Part shown: one piece after another, positions 1-8,691 of the stretch
Position numbering within the stretch: the stretch's first letter is position 1
Layout of the letters: the number at the start of each line of letters is the position of its first letter
Source: a virus
Length of the DNA: 28,629 nucleotides
IMG/VR virus record: IMGVR_UViG_3300028045_000070
Direction: 5' to 3' (one strand)
Translations under genes and position numbers: made by a program
Notes under the pieces: model-generated
Databases searched by the model: none
The model's input: only the letters and a program-made list of their open reading frames with translations
Told to the model about the DNA's origin: nothing

Positions 1-372
1 CCATGTGCCCCAAGGAATTTGAGTTTTTAGTTGCTTAAAAGCGGGAAGTTCTAGTTCACGATAGCTGTCATCTAGGACATTGATACTAGCAATAATCCGG
101 CCTTCATTGAGTGAGTCAAGCATCCATGAATAGGCGGTAAAGGTAGAATTTATTAGATCCAGAGGATCTACCTGCCCGCCTCTTTTCATTAAAGCCCTCA
201 ACAAATCCGCATCCACAGCGATCAGAGCAACATCACGAGATCCAAAAACCCCCGCTTCACTCTCTCTATCGGGGTTTTCTTGCTCTGCTCCTGGCAAGGC
301 CAGAAAGGTGTTTTCCTCCGAAGCCTTTGGCTTCTTTGTGAACAAACGCCGGAACCATCCAAAACCAAACAT
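1..372 (-). CDS. hypothetical protein, N-terminal part (ATG at 372; ORF runs off the left edge of the window)
   Basis: The reverse-strand ORF opens with MFGFGWFRRLFTKKPK and stays open to position 1. Its start lies 1 nt below the stop of the next upstream minus-strand ORF (TAAGATG). Confidence 0.35.
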   Translation of the reverse strand, partial: MFGFGWFRRLFTKKPKASEENTFLALPGAEQENPDRESEAGVFGSRDVALIAVDADLLRALMKRGGQVDPLDLINSTFTAYSWMLDSLNEGRIIASINVLDDSYRELELPAFKQLKTQIPWGTW

Positions 373-373
373 C

Positions 374-631
374 TTAGCCAGACCTTTCTACTTTACAACC
401 TAGATCAGCCAACATCCGCAGAATTTCGTCTTGTGACCAGTTTTCACTGAAAACATAATCCTCTGACGAATATTCATCATAATCAGCAGTCAAATGATTA
501 TAGTCGCCTCTCCAAGCACAATTATCACAATGATAATCTACTAGGTGGGGTGTTTTTTCATTTACGCCAGCCCACTCCATAGTAGCTTGACATCGAGGAC
601 ATTCAATGTTAGTTAGGTGATAATCTGTCAT
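374..631 (-). CDS. small zinc-ribbon-like protein (CxxC...CxxC)
   Basis: 85-aa ORF containing CPRC and CDNC motifs, tightly packed in the minus-strand array. Confidence 0.45.
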   Translation of the reverse strand: MTDYHLTNIECPRCQATMEWAGVNEKTPHLVDYHCDNCAWRGDYNHLTADYDEYSSEDYVFSENWSQDEILRMLADLGCKVERSG

Positions 632-658
632 ACGCCTAAAACGCCTACTCCGTTAAAG

Positions 659-895
659 CTATTCAAAGTCAGCAAAGTCATCTAATTGCATATCACAAAT
701 AGCTCTGCCCTGTCGTCTGTCTGCTTTGGACATGCGGCGCTTCGCTGCGCGGCGCATACGCCTGGCTATACGCTTTTGGAAAGGCCCGCCCAAGGTTGTG
801 CCATCAATCTTCGCAACCTGGGCGTCGGCTTCGACCAGATCCCTCTGGGCGGCTTTCTTGGCGTTTTCTGCTCGTTGTAGCTGGCGTTCATCCAT
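659..895 (-). CDS. small basic hypothetical protein
   Basis: 78-aa ORF with a Lys/Arg-rich, coiled-coil-like sequence. It is in the same orientation as its neighbours. Confidence 0.4.
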   Translation of the reverse strand: MDERQLQRAENAKKAAQRDLVEADAQVAKIDGTTLGGPFQKRIARRMRRAAKRRMSKADRRQGRAICDMQLDDFADFE

Positions 896-991
896 TGTGA
901 AATAAATATAACATAGATTCCGGTGGCTGTCAACAGGTCTCTAGCTCGTTTTCCGTCTTCCAGCTTGTTCAGCACACATTTCGGGTTAGAG

Positions 992-1525
992 CTAAATAAT
1001 TGCCCACACCAACGATACAAGTAATACAATAATAAGGGTTACGACCATGAGGACCGGCCCACCACGAGCACCACGTCGGTAGGGGCGGAGCCAGTCGCGA
1101 AGGCGGCTAAACCAGCTTTGGTTAGGCCCAGCATTCGACCCGCCACCAATGCTAATCCTGATAGTGGAATTTCTATTATTGGTTTTTGTCTTAGTGCCAC
1201 GTCCGCTGCAACCCAAGGTGGTGCATTTTTTACCGAATTCATCAAAGCATTCTTGATGAAAAGATGTAGCGCAGCCAGAGCAAAGGTGATACTCTTCTCC
1301 CTCTATCAAATCATCTCTGCAAAAAGGACAGATACTAACACTGCTACCAGTGATCTTTTGGGTGAGCTTATTAAGAGCTAGCACCACCCTCTTGATACCC
1401 CCTGGCTTATAGTGATCTTTCCATTGTTCCCTAGCTGCGGAAACAGGAATATCTAGTTCGTCGGCAAGTTCTCGCACTTGCTGCCAATATCGATGGCGAC
1501 CATTTTTTCTCGTGCGAAGGCTCAC
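992..1525 (-). CDS. PHD/RING-like cross-brace zinc-finger protein with a C-terminal transmembrane anchor
   Basis: CPFC-x13-CSGC-x4-H-x2-C-x7-C-x4-C fits a C4HC3 pattern. The protein ends with the hydrophobic stretch VLMVVTLIIVLLVSLVWAII. Confidence 0.5.
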   Translation of the reverse strand: MSLRTRKNGRHRYWQQVRELADELDIPVSAAREQWKDHYKPGGIKRVVLALNKLTQKITGSSVSICPFCRDDLIEGEEYHLCSGCATSFHQECFDEFGKKCTTLGCSGRGTKTKTNNRNSTIRISIGGGSNAGPNQSWFSRLRDWLRPYRRGARGGPVLMVVTLIIVLLVSLVWAII

Positions 1526-1528
1526 AGC

Positions 1529-2305
1529 CTACAATTCCAGCACCCTAGCACCCACCGAAGCAAACCGGGATACCACAGAAGTATCAATACCAGCAGTGTC
1601 TACTTGATCCAAGACCAGCGACATCGATGCAGCATATGAGGGGTCTGCGCCTGTTTCATCATCGTCATCAAAGAGTTTTCTTGATCCCATAGCCGCAAAT
1701 TTGACTGTCTTGATGACTTCGACAAGTTGCTCGGATAGGCGGCGCAGAACACTACGAACACCACCAATAAAGCTGCTACCCTGCCCTGATTTCTTAGTTC
1801 CGTAGGTAATCGTTCTACCAGCTTCAGTAACACCACCCGTAATCAGAAAAGATTCAGTCTTTGACAGCAATAGCCGGGTAATATCCTTTTTCCAAGAATT
1901 CAAGACCTCAACATAGACCCACTTCTTTGGGTCATAGTTGTTAATGCGGGTAAGTTTGCGGCCTTTCTGGCTGACAAACTCCATACGAGAAATCTTGTAT
2001 TGTGTTCCAAGCAGCTTAGCAGTTACAATCTCCTCCTTAAGCGCCTTTTTGCTAGAAAGCACGTAACCCTTCTTCTCCTTCTGCTTGACAATCTTAGAGA
2101 TGAAAATATCCCTATCATAGGATGAGCCAAAGTTATGAGTTTTTGCCTGGGCCTTACGTCCCACCCTACCGTAGCGAACAGTAACGCTCATACCGTTGAT
2201 ATCGTATTCCCAAAACTTATTAGACTGCTTGGTCTTATTGATATATGTAGTAGCCACTATGCCACCTGCGAGTTCGGTTGTGGGATGTTGTGAGCCAAAA
2301 GCCAT
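1529..2305 (-). CDS. WGR-domain protein
   Basis: The N-terminal segment KFWEYDINGMSVTVRYGRVGRKAQAKTHNF...EKKGY matches the WGR signature (W...GRiG...Q). The gene is the last member of the AAA+/DUF1257/DUF2997 operon. Confidence 0.7.
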   Translation of the reverse strand: MAFGSQHPTTELAGGIVATTYINKTKQSNKFWEYDINGMSVTVRYGRVGRKAQAKTHNFGSSYDRDIFISKIVKQKEKKGYVLSSKKALKEEIVTAKLLGTQYKISRMEFVSQKGRKLTRINNYDPKKWVYVEVLNSWKKDITRLLLSKTESFLITGGVTEAGRTITYGTKKSGQGSSFIGGVRSVLRRLSEQLVEVIKTVKFAAMGSRKLFDDDDETGADPSYAASMSLVLDQVDTAGIDTSVVSRFASVGARVLEL

Positions 2306-2514
2306 TGCACTTCATGCTGTAGGGCTTCGGCGCGAGTTGTGAAAGGCCCAAGCATAGGACCGTTGACGGGCGACATATCTGCCCTCCAGCCACCCTCCCC
2401 AGGCTCAACGTGACTAGCACGCTTAATTGTGGTAGTGCCCAACCCGGCTAGGCCCAAAAGATCATCATTGTAGATGAATCGAATCTGGCCGCTCTTAGAG
2501 ATGATAATGTCCAT
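2257..2514 (-). CDS. small protein with a DUF2997-like N-terminus (second copy)
   Basis: It starts MDIIISKSGQIRF, like the 2938-3126 ORF (IIISKSGQV). Its ATG overlaps the upstream stop (TAATG). Confidence 0.45.
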   Translation of the reverse strand: MDIIISKSGQIRFIYNDDLLGLAGLGTTTIKRASHVEPGEGGWRADMSPVNGPMLGPFTTRAEALQHEVQWLLAHNIPQPNSQVA

Positions 2515-2696
2515 TAGTCAAACCCCGCCAAAGATTCCATAAGGTCGTGTCTAGAGCTACCCAGGTCACACCGATAGCAACCAGACCGATCATACCCTTT
2601 CCGATTGAAGTAGTCTAGGCATGACTTGCAAAAAAGAGACTCCAGAGAGACGATACGAGCTTTTAGTTCTTTTATCTCATCCAGGGCGTCCATCAA
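2514..2696 (-). CDS. small hypothetical protein (coiled coil plus Cys pair)
   Basis: 60-aa ORF whose start overlaps the upstream stop (ATGA). Confidence 0.4.
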   Translation of the reverse strand: MMDALDEIKELKARIVSLESLFCKSCLDYFNRKGYDRSGCYRCDLGSSRHDLMESLAGFD

Positions 2697-2938
2697 GTGT
2701 CCATCCTACCTAGAGTAGTCTCAACAACAGAAGGGTTTTTGTGATTGTTAGCTTTGAAACGCAGGGCTGTGATATCACCAACACAGTCGGGATCAGGGGG
2801 AGATTGTTCTCGACCTTCATACTCCCGTGCATCCATCCAGATCCAGTAGCCCTGCTCTCCACTTCCACCAAGCCAATCAACAAAATGTTTACGCGCCTTC
2901 TTGTTGGCAAATTCGATTGTTAGATCACTATCGCTCAT
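2693..2938 (-). CDS. small hypothetical protein
   Basis: 81-aa ORF whose ATG shares a base with the stop of the DUF2997 gene (TAATGA). Confidence 0.45.
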   Translation of the reverse strand: MSDSDLTIEFANKKARKHFVDWLGGSGEQGYWIWMDAREYEGREQSPPDPDCVGDITALRFKANNHKNPSVVETTLGRMDT

Positions 2939-3126
2939 TATCCGCCAACACCTTGCGTGTCACTGACATCTTGGTCGTCGTAGTATTCAGTCTTTTTCTT
3001 GCTCTTGCTAGAGCCCAAAGCCTTTTCCAGAGCCTTAGTTAGCTTCTTACAACTCGACCCCGTAACACCTTCGACATCGATGGTCACCTGGCCGCTCTTG
3101 GAAATGATAATCTTGATTTCTTTCAT
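2938..3126 (-). CDS. DUF2997-family small protein
   Basis: MKEIKIIISKSGQVTIDVEGVTGSSC is typical of the DUF2997 partner of DUF1257. The gene sits 1 nt downstream of the DUF1257 stop. Confidence 0.6.
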   Translation of the reverse strand: MKEIKIIISKSGQVTIDVEGVTGSSCKKLTKALEKALGSSKSKKKTEYYDDQDVSDTQGVGG

Positions 3127-3127
3127 C

Positions 3128-3586
3128 TTAGTACTGCCTCAATCGGATAGTTGTTTCCCCGGTTGCGGGGTCAAAATCTTCGCTAACAAGCCAGTTCTGC
3201 GCCTTAGCCAGCTTTGATACTTGGCCTCGGGCCACCTCTTTGGCGTATTCGTGGATTAGCGACTCGCAATCTTTACCGGCTTTGGCCTGCATTCCATGAC
3301 CACCGGCCCAGAAATCCCACATCAAGATACTGGATTTCTTGCCCTCTCGGCTCTTGCAAATACCAATTTCATATGCTTGTTTATTGCCTGGGATGGAAAT
3401 GGCGTGATCACACTTGCCCAAATCACTAGCAGCAAAGCCAGTAGGCAGCGGGTAGTCACCGACACTTCGGCCATACCATCTATATGTTTTTTGGCCTTCA
3501 TTAAAGACCAGCCCAAGATTTTCGCAGGCTCGTGCTAGAGCAGCAAAGTCCTTAATTTCAATATCAACGATTGCAACGTGGCTCAC
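3128..3586 (-). CDS. DUF1257 (Ycf35-like) protein
   Basis: 152-aa ORF with a GTG start preceded by GGAGAG. Its length and motifs fit DUF1257, and it sits in the conserved neighbourhood with DUF2997 and the AAA+ ATPase. Confidence 0.6.
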   Translation of the reverse strand: MSHVAIVDIEIKDFAALARACENLGLVFNEGQKTYRWYGRSVGDYPLPTGFAASDLGKCDHAISIPGNKQAYEIGICKSREGKKSSILMWDFWAGGHGMQAKAGKDCESLIHEYAKEVARGQVSKLAKAQNWLVSEDFDPATGETTIRLRQY

Positions 3587-3752
3587 TATGACTCTCCTTG
3601 TTGTTCTTCGGCTTCGCCAACCAAGAAACTCATGCGAGCAGGGATAACAACTGTAAAATTACAGTTTCCACAGCACCGACCGTCTTCTACTGGCTGGGCG
3701 TTATGCCCTTTATCCCACCCATTTTGGTTCGGGATTTCCTTTTCGCAAATGC
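3586..3752 (-). CDS. small zinc-ribbon protein (55 aa; below the ORF-track cutoff)
   Basis: Manual translation gives MKCCICEKEIPNQNGWDKGHNAQPVEDGRCCGNCNF.... Its TAG stop overlaps the GTG start of the DUF1257 gene (TAGTG). Confidence 0.4.
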
Positions 3753-3764
3753 AACACTTCATAT

Positions 3765-5381
3765 CTACAGATCCAATTGTCTACCAGCACTAGTATCACC
3801 GGGGTTGTCAATAACGCTGGCGTTGACAGCATTCTTGGAAGCCCACGCTGCCATATGATCTAGCTGCTTTGACTTTGATTTGGCTAGGGGGTTTGTCTGG
3901 TTAATAGCAACCTCAATGCCTTTAGCACTGATTTCCTCTTCCTTGTAAAAGGCACTGTAAAGTGCACTTACAATGGATTCCTCTAGCTCCGCTCCGCTGA
4001 AATCCTTTGATGCTTCGACACAACTGTCAACGCCCTCGGCAAAAACCTCACTAGGATCACGACCGTACTTCTTGACGTGAATATTAAGAATCTCTTCTCG
4101 CTCTTTAGTAGAAGGCAGGCCAACGAAGAAGATTTCATCGAAGCGGCCCTTACGCAAAAGCTCAGGAGGCAACCCTTCAATCCGGTTGACAGTAGCAACG
4201 ATAAATACCGGAGCAGTTTTCTCCTGCATCCAGGTGATGAAGTTGCCAAAGACACGCTGGCTAGTCCCCCCATCAGTTGAGCCACCGCCCATTCCTGAAA
4301 ATGCCTTATCCATTTCATCAATCCAGAGAACGCAGTTACCTACCGCCTCAACAGTCTGAATAGCTGTGCGCAGATTAGCCTCACTTTGACCGACCAGACC
4401 GCCGAAGACACGTCCGACATCAAAGCGGATCAGGGGAACACCAAGAATGTTGCTAGTGGCTTTAGCTGAGAGGCTCTTGCCGCACCCAGGAAGGCCCACT
4501 AGCAAGATACCGCGAGGCATGGGCAGTTTGAAGTCGCGGGCCTTCTTACTAAAAGCCTTACTGCGAATCATTAGCCACTTTTTGAGGTTCTGTAGTCCCC
4601 CAACATCCTTGGCCGTTTCCGCTGCCTCAAAATACTCCAGAATGCCTGTCTTTTTAACAGCCAGTGCCTTTTCTCCTAGAACCATTTTAGAGATGGGCTT
4701 TACTTCTTCCTCTCCTGCCTTTTTGGCTTCAGCCCGCTCTACCAAGGCTTTGGAGAATGCCGCTTCTGCTTCGTCTGTGGTCAAACCCATAGCAGCCTGG
4801 ACGATACGTTCAATCTCATCGTCCTCGATAACACCGATTTTCTTCTTGTTACCGCTGTACAGTGCGTTAAAGATCTGGAAGATTTCCTCCTTGCCAGGAA
4901 GATCAAACTCAATAAGAGAGATATCTTTTTCCAGTTCCTTGGGAATTTCGCTAACTGGGCTAATGATAATCAAGGTTTTCTGCGTTTGCCGAAAATCCTT
5001 AGCAATATCCCGAATAAGACGCCTAATTACTGGATTCTTCAGAAAACTGTGAAAATCACGAAATACGAAGATTTTCTTTCCAGGCCGATCTTTGATCGCT
5101 TGCAGGGCCTCCCCAGGATCAGTCTCTTCATCCAGGGCCTCAGCACCATTTGCACCGATTTCGATAAAGCCTTCCGTGCAAGACCATACCTCAAGACCAC
5201 GCTTGCACTTTTTAGCGGCTTCAAAGATAGTCATCTCGCCACGATTTTCTTCTGCTGTTTGCAGGTAGATAATCGGGTAGCTGGCCTTGATGTAGGGAAC
5301 AAGTATATTCATGTGATCCACGTAGGTTAGTGGGAGGCGTCTATATGCCCATATTAGAGCACAGAATACGCTTTTTGTCAA
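3765..5381 (-). CDS. AAA+ ATPase, Ycf46-like family
   Basis: Walker A is LLVGLPGCGKSLSAKA and Walker B is VLWIDEMDKAF. The sensor/arginine-finger region LRKGRFDEIFFVGLP and the LIRFDVGRVFGG motif are characteristic of Ycf46. Confidence 0.85.
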   Translation of the reverse strand: MTKSVFCALIWAYRRLPLTYVDHMNILVPYIKASYPIIYLQTAEENRGEMTIFEAAKKCKRGLEVWSCTEGFIEIGANGAEALDEETDPGEALQAIKDRPGKKIFVFRDFHSFLKNPVIRRLIRDIAKDFRQTQKTLIIISPVSEIPKELEKDISLIEFDLPGKEEIFQIFNALYSGNKKKIGVIEDDEIERIVQAAMGLTTDEAEAAFSKALVERAEAKKAGEEEVKPISKMVLGEKALAVKKTGILEYFEAAETAKDVGGLQNLKKWLMIRSKAFSKKARDFKLPMPRGILLVGLPGCGKSLSAKATSNILGVPLIRFDVGRVFGGLVGQSEANLRTAIQTVEAVGNCVLWIDEMDKAFSGMGGGSTDGGTSQRVFGNFITWMQEKTAPVFIVATVNRIEGLPPELLRKGRFDEIFFVGLPSTKEREEILNIHVKKYGRDPSEVFAEGVDSCVEASKDFSGAELEESIVSALYSAFYKEEEISAKGIEVAINQTNPLAKSKSKQLDHMAAWASKNAVNASVIDNPGDTSAGRQLDL

Positions 5382-5392
5382 GAGAAGCGAGA

Positions 5393-6187
5393 TTAGAAAG
5401 TCAAACTACCGGTTACAGCCAGCGTCGTCAAAGCAGCAACGCCCAACGCAGTAAGGCCCGCTCCCAACAAAGAAAACATAACCACAAGTCCACGAAAACG
5501 ACTATCTCGCTTATACGCAGCCAGGAAGCGGGCTGCTTTGCCTGGAACAATAGGAGTCAAGATAGAGACATTAACGTCGGATTCTCGTTTTCCGTTTTCC
5601 GTCTCTACAGTCCAGGTGCCATCGCTTGCTTCCCCAATCAGGATACAAGGATAGTGCTTGAAGGTGTGATATACGATCATCCCAGGAGTCATAGCTTGCT
5701 GGTTGATTTCAGCCTGCGCCTTACGCTGTGCTACAACAAGTGCTGCATCTCGGTAATGCTCAGCAGTTACATCTCCCAAAACCTCACTAGCAGACAAGGA
5801 CTCTGGTTCAATGATCTTTTCTGCTCCTCGTAGGCGTTCGATGCTACACTCCCTAGCCCCATCCTCGGCAGCTAGCCGCTTTTTGTTGTTTTTGTTGTTA
5901 CGAGCATTGCGGGACTGGGCACCCGTAGCTCCGCGAAGTAGCTTGTAGCTGTAGTTTTCGCTTCCTCCATCAGGATGGGCTAGTTTTACCTCGCCACGAG
6001 CCCCGACAGACACGCACTCCAGCGCTGTGTTTGCAATTTTTTCATGCCCCCATACAAGTCCACTAGGGTAAGGCTGTTTCTGTTCTTCCAGAGTAGGACG
6101 ACGGGCAACATAGTAAGCCCCAACTACAATAGTGTCTGGGTCAAGGAGCGAATACTGCTCGACGAGGCTCTGCTGGTTAATAATCAT
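5393..6187 (-). CDS. tail-anchored membrane protein, paralog family member 1 (shared C-terminal domain)
   Basis: The C-terminal segment EHYRDAALVVAQRKAQAEINQQAMTPGMIVYHTFKHYPCILIGE...W.VE is followed by a TM helix. It aligns with the C-termini of ORFs 14138-15211 and 26789-28105. Confidence 0.55.
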   Translation of the reverse strand: MIINQQSLVEQYSLLDPDTIVVGAYYVARRPTLEEQKQPYPSGLVWGHEKIANTALECVSVGARGEVKLAHPDGGSENYSYKLLRGATGAQSRNARNNKNNKKRLAAEDGARECSIERLRGAEKIIEPESLSASEVLGDVTAEHYRDAALVVAQRKAQAEINQQAMTPGMIVYHTFKHYPCILIGEASDGTWTVETENGKRESDVNVSILTPIVPGKAARFLAAYKRDSRFRGLVVMFSLLGAGLTALGVAALTTLAVTGSLTF

Positions 6188-6217
6188 CTGTGGATCCTTT
6201 TCCCCGAGTGCTGCTTT

Positions 6218-6245
6218 ACTATAGCATTTGCCAAAAACCTGTCAA
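6218..6245 (-). promoter_or_regulatory. sigma70-type promoter (TTGACAGG, N16, TATAGT) for the 5393-6187/AAA+ operon
   Basis: The minus strand reads TTGACAGGTTTTTGGCAAATGCTATAGT. A leader of about 30 nt with GGGGAAAAGGA follows before the ATG. Confidence 0.55.
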
Positions 6246-6284
6246 GCGATAAGCCAGGCTGGAATCGATCACCATAAAATCTTA

Positions 6285-6312
6285 TAGACAAAATAGTATG
6301 TTTTGCTAAAAT
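6285..6312 (+). promoter_or_regulatory. plus-strand promoter (TAGACA, N16, TAAAAT) giving a leaderless transcript of the 6319 gene
   Basis: TAGACAAAATAGTATGTTTTGCTAAAAT is followed by GTCTTT and then the ATG at 6319. Confidence 0.45.
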
Positions 6313-6318
6313 GTCTTT

Positions 6319-6648
6319 ATGTATGGATTTGTAACCGATAGCCCACTATTCGATAACCCAGGTGGCTTTAATAGAGCACTAACTAATGAAGAGAGTCTTC
6401 GTTTACGAGCCTCTGCACAACAAGCAATAGAAGCAGGCCGCCCTATGACAATGGCTGAGATGTATGGAAAGCCTCAGCAGCTATTTAGGCAACTAAGTGG
6501 GTTTGATGGCCTAGAATCAGCAGCAGGCAGCGCAGTTGTGGGAATTATTCTAGGGGCTTTTCTAGCGTCTAAGTGGGGAATTAAACTTTTTCCGGTTGGT
6601 CTTATCATCGGCTATACAGTAACTAGTCAATTAGTGGAGCACATGTAA
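6319..6648 (+). CDS. small membrane protein
   Basis: 109-aa ORF with a hydrophobic C-terminus, lying in an AT-rich plus-strand mini-operon. Confidence 0.45.
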   Translation: MYGFVTDSPLFDNPGGFNRALTNEESLRLRASAQQAIEAGRPMTMAEMYGKPQQLFRQLSGFDGLESAAGSAVVGIILGAFLASKWGIKLFPVGLIIGYTVTSQLVEHM

Positions 6649-6932
6649 TGAAAAGTATCGGTTTTGGTGCCTATGATGGCTTTTTAAGTGTGAAACCTGC
6701 ATCTTTATCTTTAGGGCAGTATCGACATAATCCCCATCAAGCTCAAGCTCAAGAAACGGGGCTGAGCCTAACCTCACAAATAGTGATGGGTGCGGTTATT
6801 GCTTCACAGCTAGGCGCATACATATATAAAGAAGTGGCAGGCACTCCAGATTTTCGCTGGCACTGGTATGACACAGTCTTAATTCCGTCTTATATGCTAT
6901 TCGGAATATTCGAGATTTTTGGTAAAAAGTAA
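6648..6932 (+). CDS. small membrane protein
   Basis: 94-aa ORF whose start overlaps the upstream stop (TAATG). Confidence 0.45.
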   Translation: MKSIGFGAYDGFLSVKPASLSLGQYRHNPHQAQAQETGLSLTSQIVMGAVIASQLGAYIYKEVAGTPDFRWHWYDTVLIPSYMLFGIFEIFGKK

Positions 6933-6979
6933 AACTATCTCTCGTGTTGAGGCACGCTCATGCTATACTAGCCTTCATG

Positions 6980-7204
6980 GTAGTAGATTGTAGAAGTTGC
7001 CACAAAGAAATAGGGTATACAAAATCCATAGAAGGCCATAAAAGGCCCCTTTCATATCTCTATGATATCCCCATGCTAAGTGGGATGGCTAAAGCTGTCA
7101 ATGATGATTGGGTTGGAGTAATTTACAGTGATGAAATCTATTGCCGCCTTTGCATAAGCAGTAAACGCGTTGTTTTTGGAACTATTAATTCTCTTTTCCA
7201 GTAA
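6980..7204 (+). CDS. small Cys-rich protein (CxxC...CxxC)
   Basis: MVVDCRSCHKE...YCRLCISS. The track ORF begins at 6944 with TTG. The ATG at 6980 is preferred because it lies 7 nt after a TATACT box. Confidence 0.35.
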   Translation, partial: VVDCRSCHKEIGYTKSIEGHKRPLSYLYDIPMLSGMAKAVNDDWVGVIYSDEIYCRLCISSKRVVFGTINSLFQ

Positions 7205-7610
7205 AGGGCGAGACGTAGGACTCACTGCCTTCTGGACCTAAAACCTTCGCCACCCAATTGGTAGTTTCTATTTCCCCCGCTCGTTTGATATTACTCTGGC
7301 CTAATGTTCGGTAATAGGCTGCCTGATATATCCATTTCGCTTTGAGAAGGGTAGCTGCCTCTTCAATAGAATAGGCAACACTAGGATGCGCAAAAGGTAG
7401 CCCTTTTTGGGAAGGCTTTACGTGAAGAAAACAGGCCCCACTACTCGGAGGCCATTGCATACGTCCTTCTCTAATCCAGATTGCCTTTCCGGGAGAAAAA
7501 GACTGATTTCTAGCCTCAGAGTCAGTAAACCTGTGCTTTACAACAATGGGCACGATACTATCAAGACCAACAAAATAAGCTGTGATAGGTTCTTCAAGAG
7601 GAATTTTCAT
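7185..7610 (-). CDS. hypothetical protein
   Basis: 141-aa ORF with no motif I can name. Confidence 0.4.
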   Translation of the reverse strand: MKIPLEEPITAYFVGLDSIVPIVVKHRFTDSEARNQSFSPGKAIWIREGRMQWPPSSGACFLHVKPSQKGLPFAHPSVAYSIEEAATLLKAKWIYQAAYYRTLGQSNIKRAGEIETTNWVAKVLGPEGSESYVSPFTGKEN

Positions 7611-8031
7611 TTAGCACAATACTTTGGTTTAGCACAATCTCAACAGTTGAGATATCATCCACACAAACATCTACTACTACCCACTGTAAGTGCCCCTCAT
7701 GGGCTAGCTTTTTTCTATACAAGGTAATGAAGCTATCTTCTCCCGAGGAAAACCAAGCAGCCCGGTGGAAATCAACCCGAACGTCATTTTTAAGCGTCAT
7801 GACGTAGCTATCATGCACTGTTTTAGATCTTAATAGGAGCGGCCCCAAGTTACTAAGGTCTTCTTGGGCACGTTCGTAATCCGTGGGTTCCGGGTGGTCC
7901 TCTTCCTCTTCCTGCGGCTCATGCTTTTTGCGACCCCTGCCTTTTGTTTTAGGCTTTGGAGATGGTGCCACTGGCTCGGGTTTAGGAGGAAGAAGCGAAT
8001 TATAAAGATCGGGCGGGCTAGATTCTAACAT
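7594..8031 (-). CDS. AT-hook-like, Pro-rich N-terminus fused to an unknown C-terminal domain
   Basis: PKPEPVAPSPKPKTKGRGRKKHEPQEEEED is followed by a compact domain. Confidence 0.45.
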   Translation of the reverse strand: MLESSPPDLYNSLLPPKPEPVAPSPKPKTKGRGRKKHEPQEEEEDHPEPTDYERAQEDLSNLGPLLLRSKTVHDSYVMTLKNDVRVDFHRAAWFSSGEDSFITLYRKKLAHEGHLQWVVVDVCVDDISTVEIVLNQSIVLNENSS

Positions 8032-8043
8032 TAGGAAATCATA

Positions 8044-8691
8044 TCAGGTTTCTATATTTTTACCAGCCCCGAGTTTGATAGACCCACCATTTTTCTTTAA
8101 AGTGCCATCGCGCAACATCTCATTAAGAACAATGTTAGCTCTTACTTTTCTGACCCTTCGTAATTCTATTAGACGAGTAATTTCTTTATCTTCATTCATA
8201 AAACGGTTTAATAGTTCGTCTTTTGAAATCTTGGAGTCCCCTAAAGATTTCAAAAGAGATTCTTGTATTTTATCTTGTTCTTCTGTAATAGCTATCGGCA
8301 GCGGGTTCCATTTGCGAGTAGGATGCTCCCAATGATCCATCTCACAAGCAAAATGACGATGCTTTGTATTAGCTTTCCTAAAGCAAGGAGGCTCTAGAAT
8401 TAGCATCCATTCAGTACCTGCAGATAGCTTAGGGAAAAACTCCCTCCCCCGCTCGTAATCGCGGCTAATTACGTTATAGTTGTAAGGCTTCCCAAAAATA
8501 GATTTACCACTAAACTGCTCTTTAATGGTAGCCCAAAAACGTGATGACCAACACCAATCGCTCCCTACAATTCGATCCCCATCATAGGTATCAAAGAAGG
8601 TGACAAGACCAAACCAAGACTCTCTCCATAAAACAAAAGTTGTATAGAGGGTGGATTGCTCTTCGAAGATTATAATGTTTGTTTGGCTCAT
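8044..8691 (-). CDS. hypothetical protein (AT-rich segment)
   Basis: The ATG at 8689-8691 shares a base with the stop of the upstream MetRS-like ORF (TAATG), so the start was set at the internal Met of the track ORF. Confidence 0.45.
   Translation of the reverse strand: MSQTNIIIFEEQSTLYTTFVLWRESWFGLVTFFDTYDGDRIVGSDWCWSSRFWATIKEQFSGKSIFGKPYNYNVISRDYERGREFFPKLSAGTEWMLILEPPCFRKANTKHRHFACEMDHWEHPTRKWNPLPIAITEEQDKIQESLLKSLGDSKISKDELLNRFMNEDKEITRLIELRRVRKVRANIVLNEMLRDGTLKKNGGSIKLGAGKNIET

Noticed and set aside
4447-5052. 201-aa plus-strand ORF opposite the AAA+ ATPase gene
   Set aside because: It lies entirely within the well-supported Ycf46-like gene on the other strand. It has a low-complexity Ser/Leu-rich translation typical of antisense shadow ORFs and no promoter or RBS.
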